The position numbers were made by a program, and so were the translations under genes. Below are positions 9,578 to 19,438 of a stretch of DNA of 64,000 nucleotides, piece by piece. The first letter of the stretch is position 1, and every line of letters begins with the position of its first letter. The notes under the pieces were generated by a model, which did not search any database, was not told where the DNA came from, and saw only the letters and a list, made by a program, of their open reading frames with translations. Source of the stretch: an uncultured Verrucomicrobiae bacterium (GTDB lineage: Bacteria; Verrucomicrobiota; Verrucomicrobiia; Chthoniobacterales; Chthoniobacteraceae); the NCBI GenBank assembly GCA_963828525.1, contig CAWHEP010000003.1, forward strand, positions 1 to 64,000, read 5' to 3'.

Positions 9578-9709
9578 ATGAAATCTCAAGGAATATCACA
9601 CTACTCAGGCCGACCAACGACAAGAAGAGGCAAATCAGCAATTGTGAGAAGCCGACGCCTTATTCTTGCCGCGATTCGAGTCTGGGAATTAAAACAGCGG
9701 ATGAAGTAG
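9578..9709 (+). CDS. Putative 43-aa basic small protein
   Basis: MKSQGISHYSGRPTTRRGKSAIVRSRRLILAAIRVWELKQRMK; GAGGAGG 7 nt upstream of the ATG; below the ORF track cutoff. Confidence 0.4.
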   Translation: MKSQGISHYSGRPTTRRGKSAIVRSRRLILAAIRVWELKQRMK

Positions 9710-9760
9710 TTTGCGCCAGACAGCCGCGAATAAAAGCCCTGTCGCGATAGAAGCTGTCGG

Positions 9761-10477
9761 TCAGTCCGAATGGTAGAGGATTCGTCCGCACTGCTCGCAA
9801 TTTACAATCTCCCTGTTCCCCTTCACGCGCACCGCCGTCTGCGTTGTGATCTTCATGTGGCAACCGGTGCAGACCTCGTGCTCGAGACCCACGACAGCGG
9901 CATCGCCCTTGCTGGCGAACAGGCGCTCGTAGCGATTCAGCAAATCTTCGTCCACGCCCTCAGCAAGTCGCGCGCGCTCCCCTTCGGCCTCCAGCAATTG
10001 GCCCTCAATTGTCACCACCTTCTTCTCAATTTCAGACATTTGCGCCTCGATACTCGCCTTGGTTTTCGCGAGTTCCTTGTCAGCGAGGTTCACAGAAGAA
10101 TTCGCCTTCTCCAGGTCTTCCATGAGCTGGAGTTCTTTATCCTCCAGGGATTGTATATCCTCCCCGTAACGTTTTATCTCGTTTCCGAGAGCTTGAAATT
10201 CCTCATTTTTCCGGGTCTGAAACTGTTGCGTCCGGAACTTCGCAATGGAGTCGCGTTTGGCTTGCGCGCTGAGTTCGAGATTCTTCTTCTCGACCTCCAG
10301 TTCTTTGGTTTTATGCTTCAGGCTCAGGAATGACGCGCTGGTCGATTCCAGCCTCCGCTCCAGCTCCGCCCGCTCAGCAGGCGCTGTCTTTAATTCCTGC
10401 TTCAGTGCTCGTATCCTTCGGTCGCGTTCCTGGAGGACGAGCAGTTTTTCTATTTCAGGCAGCATTGTTGAGGACAT
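9761..10477 (-). CDS. Coiled-coil protein with C4-type zinc ribbon (DUF164 / CT398-like)
   Basis: Long coiled coil followed by CTGCHM...CEQCGRILY. Confidence 0.92.
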   Translation of the reverse strand: MSSTMLPEIEKLLVLQERDRRIRALKQELKTAPAERAELERRLESTSASFLSLKHKTKELEVEKKNLELSAQAKRDSIAKFRTQQFQTRKNEEFQALGNEIKRYGEDIQSLEDKELQLMEDLEKANSSVNLADKELAKTKASIEAQMSEIEKKVVTIEGQLLEAEGERARLAEGVDEDLLNRYERLFASKGDAAVVGLEHEVCTGCHMKITTQTAVRVKGNREIVNCEQCGRILYHSD

Positions 10478-11577
10478 CAGTATTGTTCCACGGGTGAGCG
10501 CTTTCCGTCTTCCGGGCTGCGCTTGAGCGCTTCTTCTTCGCCCAGCGTAGCCACTCGCAGCGCCCAGATCTCTTGATCGATCCGCTCGAAGTCCTCCACG
10601 CTAAACGCATCAGGCGCGATCATCTTTTGCTTGAACGCCGCCACATGTTCCAGGGGAGCATCGAGCGACTCTGGAGGCAGCGCATCGAGAGTGTCCCGGG
10701 CGAGCCTCAAGGTGCCAACCTGGTGACAGATCATCGCAAGATCATTTCCCGCGTGGATCGCCATACTAATAGTCTCCTTAAGCCCGTAGTGGTTTAGGAT
10801 GGCTCCCATGTCTAGATCGTCTGTCATTACGAGTCCCGTAAAGCCGAACTCTCCTCGCAGCAAGTCGGAAACGATAGGGCGTGAGAGCGAAGCGGGCGTC
10901 AACGAGGCATCGAGACTTGGGTACGAGGCATGGCAGATCATCATGCTGTCCACATCTTGGGCGAAGCGCCTGAAGACAGCCAGTTCCTCCGCGTCCAGTT
11001 CCGCCCTGCTTCTTTGAATCAGCGGCAACTCGTGGTGCGGATCGAGAGCGGCAGACGCATAGCCTGGAAAATGTTTGCCGCAACTTGCGATGCCTTGTGA
11101 GCGCAAAGCATCGTTGAACGCGCCGGCAAAGCGCGCCACCTCGTCCACGCTTCTCCCGTAGCAGCGTCCGCGCAGAGAGTTGTCGGCTTCGTCATCGAAA
11201 GAGAGATCAAGGACGGGGCAGAGATCAAGATTGAAGCCGAAAAGGCGCAGCAAACGGCCCGTGATGTCGCCATGAAGCCGGACAAGATCAAGATCACCCC
11301 GGGCGCGAAGCTGCGAAGCGTTGGGAGGTTCGGAGCCGATCAACCTCAACCGCGAAACGCGGCCACCTTCCTGATCGATCGTGATAATCGGCGTGGCATG
11401 GCTGAGATCCCGCAAATCGTCGATGAGCTTGCGAAGCTGCGTGGGGCTTTTGATATTTCTGCCAAAAAGGATATACCCGCCCGGCTGGATGGCGCGAAAA
11501 AGAGCCGCCGTTTCCGGGTCGAGTTCCGGGCCGGGCACTCCGGTGAGCAGAAGTTGACCCAGCGTTGAAAGTTCCAT
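10477..11577 (-). CDS. nagZ: GH3 beta-N-acetylglucosaminidase, NagZ-like
   Basis: GGYILFGRN, DQEGGRVSRL, KHFPGY...DPHHELP, TDDLDMGA. Confidence 0.9.
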   Translation of the reverse strand: MELSTLGQLLLTGVPGPELDPETAALFRAIQPGGYILFGRNIKSPTQLRKLIDDLRDLSHATPIITIDQEGGRVSRLRLIGSEPPNASQLRARGDLDLVRLHGDITGRLLRLFGFNLDLCPVLDLSFDDEADNSLRGRCYGRSVDEVARFAGAFNDALRSQGIASCGKHFPGYASAALDPHHELPLIQRSRAELDAEELAVFRRFAQDVDSMMICHASYPSLDASLTPASLSRPIVSDLLRGEFGFTGLVMTDDLDMGAILNHYGLKETISMAIHAGNDLAMICHQVGTLRLARDTLDALPPESLDAPLEHVAAFKQKMIAPDAFSVEDFERIDQEIWALRVATLGEEEALKRSPEDGKRSPVEQY

Positions 11578-11597
11578 TACTGTCCAATCTTATCGTT

Positions 11598-12806
11598 ATG
11601 AGTGGAGCGCAACAGAAAATTCTTGCCGGGATTGCCCTATGCATACTCGTTCTCCAAGTGGCCGCGAGGGGCCAGGTGGAGCTCGGCATCGATAGGCTCG
11701 AGCAGGAGAATTTCGCCCCGCTGCAAGGCAGGCGCGTTGGGCTGATAACAAACCAGACAGGCGTAGACAGCAGGGGCTTGAAAACGAGGCTGATTTTGAT
11801 GCGCGCGCGCGGCGTGAGGCTCGCCGCGCTATTTACCCCTGAGCATGGGCTGGACGGAACGGAGACCGCCGGAAAGTATGTCGCGACCCGGCGTGACCCT
11901 CTCACCGGCCTGACGGCATATTCCTTGTATGGCCCCACTCGCAAGCCCGATCCGCGAATGCTCGAGGGGATCGACATGCTTGTTTATGATATGCAGGACA
12001 TCGGGTGCAGAAGTTATACCTACGTCAGCACTCTGGTTAAGTGCATGGAAGCCGCGGGAGAGAAGGGAATCCCTCTCATGGTGCTCGACCGGCCAAACCC
12101 GCTGGGCGGAAACCGTCTTGAAGGGCCGCCCATTGAGCCGCAGTGGATTTCCTTTGTCGGGCAACTACCCGTGCCGTACATCCACGGGATGACGGTTGGA
12201 GAACTCGCGCGCATGGCGAATGGAATGGGTTGGGCTGGCCCGCGCTGCGCTCTTACCATCGTGGAAATGCGGGGTTGGAGGCGCGAGATGACCTGGGCCG
12301 ATACTGGCTTGCGGTGGGTTCCCACATCTCCGAATATCCCCCGCTCCACCTCTCCCGCTTATTACGTCGTCACGGGCATGATCGGTGAGCTGGCAGGTTT
12401 GGAAACCGGTGTCGGCAGCGCTGAACCTTTCGAGATTATCGGAGCGAAATGGCTGGACGCCCGCCGCTTTACTTCGGCTCTGCGCGCGCTGCATCTTTCG
12501 GGCGTGACTTTCTCCGAGTATGCCCGCGGCGGATTTCAGGGGTCGCGCCTTCAGATAGAGCCGCACACAGACGCCGACCTGTGTTCGCTGGCCACGTATA
12601 TCCTCGCGCTCGTCAACTCCGAAGCGAGGCCGGATCTCTTTGCAAGATCGCCGACAAAGCTGGAAATGTTCTACAAAGTTTACGGGTCACGGTCGATCCG
12701 AAGCGCGCTCGAGCAACAGGAACCTGTCGCCCGGATCGTTGGCAGTTGGGGGCCGAGCCTGTCCCGTTTCGCGTCTCAGAGAACGTCTTATCTCCTCTAT
12801 CCATGA
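11598..12806 (+). CDS. namZ: Exo-beta-N-acetylmuramidase NamZ family (DUF1343)
   Basis: Signal peptide; GLITNQTG, PEHGL, YSLYG, DMQDIGCRSYTY, LDRPNPLGG, HGMTVGELA, TSPNIP. Confidence 0.9.
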   Translation: MSGAQQKILAGIALCILVLQVAARGQVELGIDRLEQENFAPLQGRRVGLITNQTGVDSRGLKTRLILMRARGVRLAALFTPEHGLDGTETAGKYVATRRDPLTGLTAYSLYGPTRKPDPRMLEGIDMLVYDMQDIGCRSYTYVSTLVKCMEAAGEKGIPLMVLDRPNPLGGNRLEGPPIEPQWISFVGQLPVPYIHGMTVGELARMANGMGWAGPRCALTIVEMRGWRREMTWADTGLRWVPTSPNIPRSTSPAYYVVTGMIGELAGLETGVGSAEPFEIIGAKWLDARRFTSALRALHLSGVTFSEYARGGFQGSRLQIEPHTDADLCSLATYILALVNSEARPDLFARSPTKLEMFYKVYGSRSIRSALEQQEPVARIVGSWGPSLSRFASQRTSYLLYP

Positions 12807-12816
12807 ACAGGCGCCA

Positions 12817-13416
12817 ATGGAGAGTCTAGTCGCGAAGCCCCGGAGGAGAGTGGGGCTTTACGGCGGCACGTTTGACCCGATCCATCATGGCCATCTTATT
12901 CTTGCCCGGGAAGCGATGGAAAAGCTCGACTTCCAAATGGTTGTTTTCGTTCCGAACGCGATCTCTCCCCACAAGCTGGATGGCAGACCCGCCCCGGCGG
13001 AGCTCCGGCGGCGGATGGTTGCAGCCGCCATACAGGGTGAGCCGGGGTTTACCATGGACGACGCCGAGCTTTCGCGTACTGGCCCCTCCTACACGATTGA
13101 CACAGTCCTCTTGATGAGGCAGAAGTTCGCCGATGCCGAACTTTTCTGGCTTGTCGGTGAGGACAATGTGAGCGAGCTGAGGAGATGGCACCGCATTGAT
13201 GAACTCGAACGCCTTGTGACATTTGTGGTTTTCAGCCGGGACGGTAGAAATTCCGCGCACTCGTACCCGGTAGTGCGCCGCCAGATCGAAATCTCGGCGA
13301 CAGGCATCCGCGCCAGAGTCCGGCAGGGCGCGTCCATCCGCTACTTGGTACCCGAAGCGGTCCGGGAGATCATTGAGTCTGATAATGTATATACGGAGGC
13401 CCTCCATCACTGCTGA
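12817..13416 (+). CDS. nadD: Nicotinate-nucleotide adenylyltransferase
   Basis: GGTFDPIHHGH, SYTIDT, ISATGIR. Confidence 0.95.
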   Translation: MESLVAKPRRRVGLYGGTFDPIHHGHLILAREAMEKLDFQMVVFVPNAISPHKLDGRPAPAELRRRMVAAAIQGEPGFTMDDAELSRTGPSYTIDTVLLMRQKFADAELFWLVGEDNVSELRRWHRIDELERLVTFVVFSRDGRNSAHSYPVVRRQIEISATGIRARVRQGASIRYLVPEAVREIIESDNVYTEALHHC

Positions 13417-13753
13417 ACGGACAGCGAAGTTGTGCGCGGAGTTTGCCTCGAACAAGAAGGCGGAGGACATTGTGGGCTTGGATCTCCGCGGCATCTCGTC
13501 ATTCACAGACTTTTTTGTGATCTGCTCGGCGACATCGGAGCCGCACCTGAAGGCGATCGCAGGAGAGATACAGGACCGCCTGAAAACTGAGCATTCTGTG
13601 AGCGCGAATGCTGTGGACGGTTACCCGATGAGCCAGTGGATCGTCATCGACTACGGATCGGTGATCGTGCATGTATTTCACGTCAACAAGCGGCCCGTTT
13701 ACAGCCTCGAGGACCTCTGGAGCGACGCCGCCCGTTTGCCACTGACGCTATGA
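13385..13753 (+). CDS. rsfS: Ribosome silencing factor
   Basis: KKAEDI..LD, TDFFVICS, WIVIDYG..IVHVF, YSLEDLW; follows nadD. Start uncertain. Confidence 0.93.
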   Translation: MYIRRPSITAERTAKLCAEFASNKKAEDIVGLDLRGISSFTDFFVICSATSEPHLKAIAGEIQDRLKTEHSVSANAVDGYPMSQWIVIDYGSVIVHVFHVNKRPVYSLEDLWSDAARLPLTL

Positions 13754-13780
13754 AGCGACTGCAGCGCGGATGCTGACCCT

Positions 13781-15007
13781 GTGAAAGTCGAGGTCATAAA
13801 TACCGGGACCGAGCTGCTTCTTGGCAACGTCATCAATACCCACCTCGCCTTCTTTGCCAAAGAGCTGTTCACGCTGGGGTTGAGGATTGAACGCCAGGTG
13901 ACTGTGCCGGATGGCGACGCGATCCGCGCGGTGCTGGAGGACAGTTTTACAAGGGCAGATGTTATCCTGGTCACGGGAGGTCTCGGCCCTACCACGGACG
14001 ATGTGACACGGGAAATTGTCGCGCGCCTGCTGAACCTGCCGATGGCTGAGGACCCTGAGGTGCTCGCCGCAATCGAGGCTCGTTTTGCTCGCAGGAACCT
14101 TACGATCACGGAGCGCGTAAAGCGGCAGGCGCAGGTGCCGAGAGGCGCAATGGTGCTTAGGAACGACAACGGCACGGCGCCTGGCCTTTACTTCGCAAAA
14201 ACGGGCTCCTCCCCTGCCCTGTTCCTGCTACCGGGGCCGCCGCGGGAGTTAAAGCCAATGTTCACCGATCTGGTTTTACCCCTCCTCCGCGCTCTTTTGC
14301 CGGCTGGAGATATTCCAGAGTGCCGGAACTTCAGGATTATAGGAACAGGAGAGTCCGGCGTCGAAGCGGCTGTTGGAGCGCAACTGCTCGCAATTGAGGG
14401 TCTTGAACTTGGCTATTGCGCGCACGTCGGATCGGTTGACGTCCGGTGCATTGGCACGCCGGAGATGATCCAGAAAGCGGAGGTCATCATACGCCGCGAA
14501 CTCGGAGAGTGGCTCGCCAGCGAAGATCTTAGTTCCCTGGAGGAGATCGTCGTCCAACTCCTCACAAGCCGCGGAGAGGAGCTTGCGCTTGCGGAGTCCT
14601 GCACGGGTGGTTTCGTCTCGCACCAGATTACCAACGTACCGGGATCCTCCGTCGTGTTTATGGAAGGATTCGTCACTTACGCGAACCGCGCGAAGGCGCG
14701 CGCCTTGGGCGTACAAGAGGGGCTGATAGCAGACTGCGGAGCAGTTAGCGCGGAGGTCGCGGTCGCGATGGCGGATGGAGCGCTGCAATTAAGCGGAGCG
14801 ACACACGCGCTGTCCCTCACGGGGATCGCGGGGCCTGGCGGCGGAAGCGCGGGGAAACCAGTAGGGACCGTCCATATTGCGCTCGCGTCCAAGGGGTTGG
14901 CAACAGTTACTGAAGAACATCATTTTCCAAGCGGCAGGGCAACGTTCAAGGTGCTTGCGGCGCAAGCCGCGCTGAACATGTTGCGCCGCAGGCTCAGAGA
15001 CTCGTGA
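13781..15007 (+). CDS. cinA: CinA (molybdopterin-binding domain + NMN deamidase)
   Basis: GTELLLG...NT, GGLGPTTDDVT, LPGPPRE, AESCTGG, TGIAGPGG. Confidence 0.95.
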   Translation: MKVEVINTGTELLLGNVINTHLAFFAKELFTLGLRIERQVTVPDGDAIRAVLEDSFTRADVILVTGGLGPTTDDVTREIVARLLNLPMAEDPEVLAAIEARFARRNLTITERVKRQAQVPRGAMVLRNDNGTAPGLYFAKTGSSPALFLLPGPPRELKPMFTDLVLPLLRALLPAGDIPECRNFRIIGTGESGVEAAVGAQLLAIEGLELGYCAHVGSVDVRCIGTPEMIQKAEVIIRRELGEWLASEDLSSLEEIVVQLLTSRGEELALAESCTGGFVSHQITNVPGSSVVFMEGFVTYANRAKARALGVQEGLIADCGAVSAEVAVAMADGALQLSGATHALSLTGIAGPGGGSAGKPVGTVHIALASKGLATVTEEHHFPSGRATFKVLAAQAALNMLRRRLRDS

Positions 15008-15008
15008 A

Positions 15009-15623
15009 TCAGTCGGTCACTTCGACGGGCGTTCCGACTTTCACCTTATCGTAGATCTTGAGAGCCATATCCTCGGGGAGTCGCACGCATCCGTGAGAGG
15101 CTGCGTACCCCGGGAGGATGCCGACATGCATCCCGACACCCTCTGGCGTAAGCCTCATGAACCACCTCATCGGCGCGCCCTCAAAATGAGTTCCCGCCGG
15201 GGCGGAGTCTATCCTCGCGCTGACGCCCGCGCGTATGATCCGGCCACGCGAATCCACGAAATTCCCATAAATGTTGGAGTGATGGTTTGGATCCTTCTCC
15301 AGGATTGTGAACTTGCCCGGAGGGGTTGGACGCGCGGCCTTGCCCGAAGAAATCGGGGTATCCAGCGCTGTTTCTTCATTCAACATCAAATACGCGCGCT
15401 GGCGGGAAAGAGAGACGAGGACATGCGCGTTATCCGGGCTGACCTGATCCAATAATCGCACTGAGATGACGGGGGGATCCTGCCTGTGGATGAGATCGCC
15501 TGCCTTTTTCATCACGACAGCGCGAGGCGCGATGAATGGCTGCGGGGCCGCGCCGAGCGAAGTCCCGAATAGCGCAAACGCGCAAACGCCCGCTAGAAGA
15601 GGTCGGTGATTGATGAAAAGCAT
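15009..15623 (-). CDS. L,D-transpeptidase (YkuD family), exported
   Basis: ISSGK...TPPG; HVGILPGYAASHGCVRL catalytic motif; signal peptide. Confidence 0.9.
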   Translation of the reverse strand: MLFINHRPLLAGVCAFALFGTSLGAAPQPFIAPRAVVMKKAGDLIHRQDPPVISVRLLDQVSPDNAHVLVSLSRQRAYLMLNEETALDTPISSGKAARPTPPGKFTILEKDPNHHSNIYGNFVDSRGRIIRAGVSARIDSAPAGTHFEGAPMRWFMRLTPEGVGMHVGILPGYAASHGCVRLPEDMALKIYDKVKVGTPVEVTD

Positions 15624-15758
15624 TGAAAAACCGTGGTATTTATTAAAGATAGGCGCTGGCCCGATCAACCACAATCCCCCGTAAAGCGTAAATTACGGGT
15701 TCGATCTTTGCTCGAACCCTCGTTGCGGGTGAGGCGTGGATGCATGCCACGGCGGAAT

Positions 15759-17621
15759 ATGAATCCAGTGCTCGTAGTCGATGATGAGATATCGAGTCGT
15801 GAATATCTCTCGCGGCTCCTAACGAAGCGCGGATACACCGTGGTGCAAGCGAATGACGGGCAAGAGGCGTTGCGCGCCACTCGCGAGCATCGCCCCTGCT
15901 TGGTGATCACCGACGTTTTGATGCCGCTCGTGGATGGCTATGAATTCGTCCGCCAACTAAGGCTCGATGCCGACGTGGCCGCGACCCCGGTGATCTTCTT
16001 TACCGGGGCATATGGGGTGCAGGAGGCGGCATCCCTCGCGGAAAGCAGCGGCGTCCTTAAGATTGTGACGAAGCCCGCGCCGCCCGGTGAGCTGTTACGC
16101 ATTATCGAGGATGCCGTGAGATGCGGACCGACGCAAGCGCCCGCGCCTGTGTCGCCGGATGATTATGAACGGCGCCATTTGCGCGTGGTGACAAACAAGC
16201 TCTCGGATCGGGAGCAGTTGCTGAAGGCCGTGTTTGATAACGTGATAGATTCAATTCTTTTGACAGACGATCTCGGGCAAATTTTGGACGCGAATCGCGC
16301 GGCGTGGGAACTGACAGGGCGGACACGGCAGGAACTTCGCGGTCTGCGCATCGACGAACTTGTTTCCGAGGCGGAGCGAGGAGCGACCCGAGCCTCGTGG
16401 CAATCGCTGAGCGCATCCGGCAAAGTGTCTGGAGAGCAGAGGATTCTTCGTCCCGATGGCACGACGCGGGACTCGGAGTTTCTGGCGATCGCGAATATCC
16501 TCTCCGGCATCCATTTGATGACCAGCCATGACATAACAGAAAGAAAGGAAGCGGAGCGGGCCTTACGGTTGCGGGGCGAGCAGCTCGCCGAGGCCCAGAG
16601 GATCGCGAGCGTGGGCAGTTGGAGTCACGATCTGAGGACGGGGAAAGTCACGTGGTCGGATGAGCTTTTCAGAATTTTTGGTCTATCACCTGAGACTGTT
16701 ACGAGCTATGACGCCTTCATGGAGCGCGTGCATGGCGACGATCAAGCCATGGTTCGAGAGGTCGCTCTCTCCGCGGTGCAAACCCGCATTCCTTTCGAAT
16801 GTGACTACCGGATAGTCCGAACCGATGGCACCATTCGCCATATACACGAGGCGGCGGACGTCCTCACGGACACTAACGGCGAAGTCACACGGTTTCTAGG
16901 GACCGCTCAGGACGTCACCGCGCGCAGGCATGCCGAAGAGCAGTTGCGTGATCTCTCCGGCAGGCTCTTCACAACTCAGGACGAGGAGCGCCGCTCCATT
17001 GCCAAAGAATTGCACGATTCGACCGCGCAAGACCTTGCCGCAGTGGCGATGAATCTGAGCGCCCTGCAGACGCTGCTTGGTTCCGAGAACGCAAAGATCG
17101 AAGCGCTCGTCTCCGATAGCCAGGCGATCATCGAGCAATGCAACCGTGAGATCCGCACTTTGTCGGCCCTTCTACACCCGCCGCTTTTAGATGAACTCGG
17201 TCTTGAGGGCGCTTTGCGGCATTACGCAAACCGCTTTGGCGCGCGAAGCGGCATCCAGATCACGGTGACTATAGCTGGCGACGCCGGCAGGATGCCCGGA
17301 AATGTTGAAACGGCTCTGTTTCGCGTCGTGCAGGAAGGGCTCGGGAACATCCACAGGCATTCTGGCAGCAGTTCTGCAACAATACTGATACGCAGGAGCG
17401 AGGATCAATGCGCGCTTGAGATATCGGATCAAGGACACGGAATGCCCCCGGAGATTGCGGAGCTTCTCCCACAGGCAGGCGCGATGATGGGAATTGGGAT
17501 CACCAGCATGCGGGAGAGGATTCGACAGCTCGGGGGAAACATTGCGCTGGTATCCAGCCCGGCTGGCACTACAGTGAGAGCGGTGGTGCCCCTCCCCGCG
17601 CGCAGCACTGAAAACGGTTAG
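15759..17621 (+). CDS. Cytoplasmic sensor histidine kinase (REC-PAS-PAS-HisKA_3-HATPase)
   Basis: VLVVDD receiver; two PAS/PAC segments; EERRSIAKELHD; QEGLGNIHRHS; DQGHG. Confidence 0.92.
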   Translation: MNPVLVVDDEISSREYLSRLLTKRGYTVVQANDGQEALRATREHRPCLVITDVLMPLVDGYEFVRQLRLDADVAATPVIFFTGAYGVQEAASLAESSGVLKIVTKPAPPGELLRIIEDAVRCGPTQAPAPVSPDDYERRHLRVVTNKLSDREQLLKAVFDNVIDSILLTDDLGQILDANRAAWELTGRTRQELRGLRIDELVSEAERGATRASWQSLSASGKVSGEQRILRPDGTTRDSEFLAIANILSGIHLMTSHDITERKEAERALRLRGEQLAEAQRIASVGSWSHDLRTGKVTWSDELFRIFGLSPETVTSYDAFMERVHGDDQAMVREVALSAVQTRIPFECDYRIVRTDGTIRHIHEAADVLTDTNGEVTRFLGTAQDVTARRHAEEQLRDLSGRLFTTQDEERRSIAKELHDSTAQDLAAVAMNLSALQTLLGSENAKIEALVSDSQAIIEQCNREIRTLSALLHPPLLDELGLEGALRHYANRFGARSGIQITVTIAGDAGRMPGNVETALFRVVQEGLGNIHRHSGSSSATILIRRSEDQCALEISDQGHGMPPEIAELLPQAGAMMGIGITSMRERIRQLGGNIALVSSPAGTTVRAVVPLPARSTENG

Positions 17622-17622
17622 C

Positions 17623-18276
17623 ATGAGCCCCCCCAGCATCCTCATCGCGGACGATCATCCCCTCGTTCGGCAGGGCATTGTGTCAGTCATTGAGGGAAAC
17701 GGGTCATGGCAGGTGTGTGGCGAAGCAACTGATGGCCGCGCGGCTCTCACGCTGGCGGAGGAACTCAAGCCAAATATTGTCTTGATGGACATAACCATGC
17801 CTTTGCTGAACGGACTCGAGGCCGCGCGTCAAATACGGCAGTCGTGCCCCGCGACAGAAGTGCTGATGTTATCCATGCACGAATCCGAACAGTTGGTCAG
17901 GGCTTCTTTGGAAGCTGGCGCGAGAGGTTATTTGCTGAAGACCGATACCGCCCGCCTCCTGGTAATCGCCATAGAGTCGCTCTTACAGCACAAGCCTTTT
18001 TTCACCGGCACTGTGTCGGAGCGTGTATTGCTGGGCTTCTTAAACCCGGGCGAAAGCACAGATCCTGTAGGGCGCGATGAGCGGCTTTCCGGGCGCGAGC
18101 GCGAGGTTGTGCAGTTGCTCGTGGAAGGCATGACCAACAAGGAAGCCGCCACCGCGCTGGGAATCAGTCCAAAAACTGTCGATGCTCACCGAACTAATAT
18201 AATGCGCAAACTAGAGATCCACTCGGTTGCCGCGTTGGTGCGATACGCTGTTCGCAACAAAATCATCGATCCTTAG
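17623..18276 (+). CDS. NarL/LuxR-family response regulator
   Basis: IADDHPLVRQG receiver; LSGREREV...SPKTVDAHRTNIMRKL HTH. Confidence 0.95.
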   Translation: MSPPSILIADDHPLVRQGIVSVIEGNGSWQVCGEATDGRAALTLAEELKPNIVLMDITMPLLNGLEAARQIRQSCPATEVLMLSMHESEQLVRASLEAGARGYLLKTDTARLLVIAIESLLQHKPFFTGTVSERVLLGFLNPGESTDPVGRDERLSGREREVVQLLVEGMTNKEAATALGISPKTVDAHRTNIMRKLEIHSVAALVRYAVRNKIIDP

Positions 18277-19120
18277 CTATCGCCGCCGGCAGGTGCGCGT
18301 ATCCGACAAATAGCGATTGGGATTTGGCTTGCGCATCCCGCGCATGCGTTTCGACTTTGAAATCGAAGACGCTGACTCCCCAACGGGTCTTTCCCTCAAA
18401 TGAGCGACCGTCTGAAGAACCAACCATGACTCGACTCCCGTCCTTCCGGGAACCTAAGTAAATCATCGCGTGAGTGATCGGCGGGTCGTGGCTGCTCTGG
18501 TAAGTTCCGGTCCAAAAAAGCAGATCGCCAGGGCGGAGATCCGCCATCTCGAAGCTATCGCTCCTCCTGCTAAGAACAGCATGAAACAGTTCCGCTTTCC
18601 TGAGCCACACATACTGTCCGCTCGCGTCGCGCGGAACGTCCGCAAAACCATTTTGCTGGAGGACGTAATAAACAAACCCGGAGCAATCCATGCCTCCGGC
18701 CGCGGGGTCCGCGGAGCCGTAGGTGTATGTGAGATTGCGGGACGTTAGATCGAGCGCGGTTTGCAATATTTTCCGCGTCCTTTCCGGCTGCTTGCTGAAC
18801 TCAACAAGCGTCCCGGGATCTATCGTCGCGTCCGGCGCGGCGGAAGCCTGGCGCGTCGGGGAAGGCGCAGCGGCATCGCCGGGCGTCACAAGTTTTCGCG
18901 GGGTCGCATCCCCATTGGAATCCGCGGCATCTCCGTCCGGAGTTGCGTTCGCGCCAAAATGCGGAGCAGCCGTGGGACTTGGGGATGGGTCGTTGACACC
19001 ATCGGAATGGACCTTCTTCCTGTGATGCCGCGCGGGAGTAGGTGAAGCGTTCTGGCAAAACGCGGATATGGCAGGGAGGAGAAATAGGACGAGAGTAGCT
19101 ATGAGACGGGAGGATTTCAC
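18263..19120 (-). CDS. NlpC/P60 (C40) cell-wall peptidase, exported
   Basis: Signal peptide, low-complexity linker, YTYGS...MDCSGF, PGDLLFW, THAMIYLG. Confidence 0.9.
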   Translation of the reverse strand: MKSSRLIATLVLFLLPAISAFCQNASPTPARHHRKKVHSDGVNDPSPSPTAAPHFGANATPDGDAADSNGDATPRKLVTPGDAAAPSPTRQASAAPDATIDPGTLVEFSKQPERTRKILQTALDLTSRNLTYTYGSADPAAGGMDCSGFVYYVLQQNGFADVPRDASGQYVWLRKAELFHAVLSRRSDSFEMADLRPGDLLFWTGTYQSSHDPPITHAMIYLGSRKDGSRVMVGSSDGRSFEGKTRWGVSVFDFKVETHARDAQAKSQSLFVGYAHLPAAIAKDR

Positions 19121-19212
19121 AAGAGTCTCCTGTATTGAAGGATGCCCAATGTATCGTCACACAGAGGCGGGCGCCCGAAGAAAGTTTCAAATCGTTACGT
19201 CGGAAAAGAGGA

Positions 19213-19241
19213 TTGACATCCTCCGTGATGGTCTCTAATGT
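19213..19241 (+). promoter_or_regulatory. Sigma70-type promoter for the SAM riboswitch operon
   Basis: TTGACA (19213-18), 17-nt spacer, TAATGT (19236-41), about 9 nt before riboswitch P1. Confidence 0.65.
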
Positions 19242-19249
19242 CCGATCAA

Positions 19250-19365
19250 TCTTATCGAGAGTGGCTGAGGGACTGGCCCGTTGAAGCCACGGCAACCGCC
19301 TTGAAGTAATTCAAGGGACCAGGTGCCAAATCCAGCGCCGTCTTAAAACCTCGGCGAAGATAAGA
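19250..19365 (+). promoter_or_regulatory. SAM-I (S-box) riboswitch
   Basis: TCTTATCGAGAG...GAGGGACTGGCCC.TTGAAGCC..GGCAACC...GGTGCCAAATCC...GATAAGA matches the SAM-I consensus; P1 pairs TCTTATC with GATAAGA. Confidence 0.93.
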
Positions 19366-19438
19366 GAGGGAGGAGTGTACGCCGTGCGAATTGCCGGCTA
19401 TTCATTCAATCTGGATTGTCTCGGTGAGTGCCGAAACT

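Noticed and set aside
9480..9760. RNase P RNA or another ncRNA near the zinc-ribbon gene
   Set aside because: The conserved GAGGAAAGUCC core and the matching 3' motif were not found on either strand.
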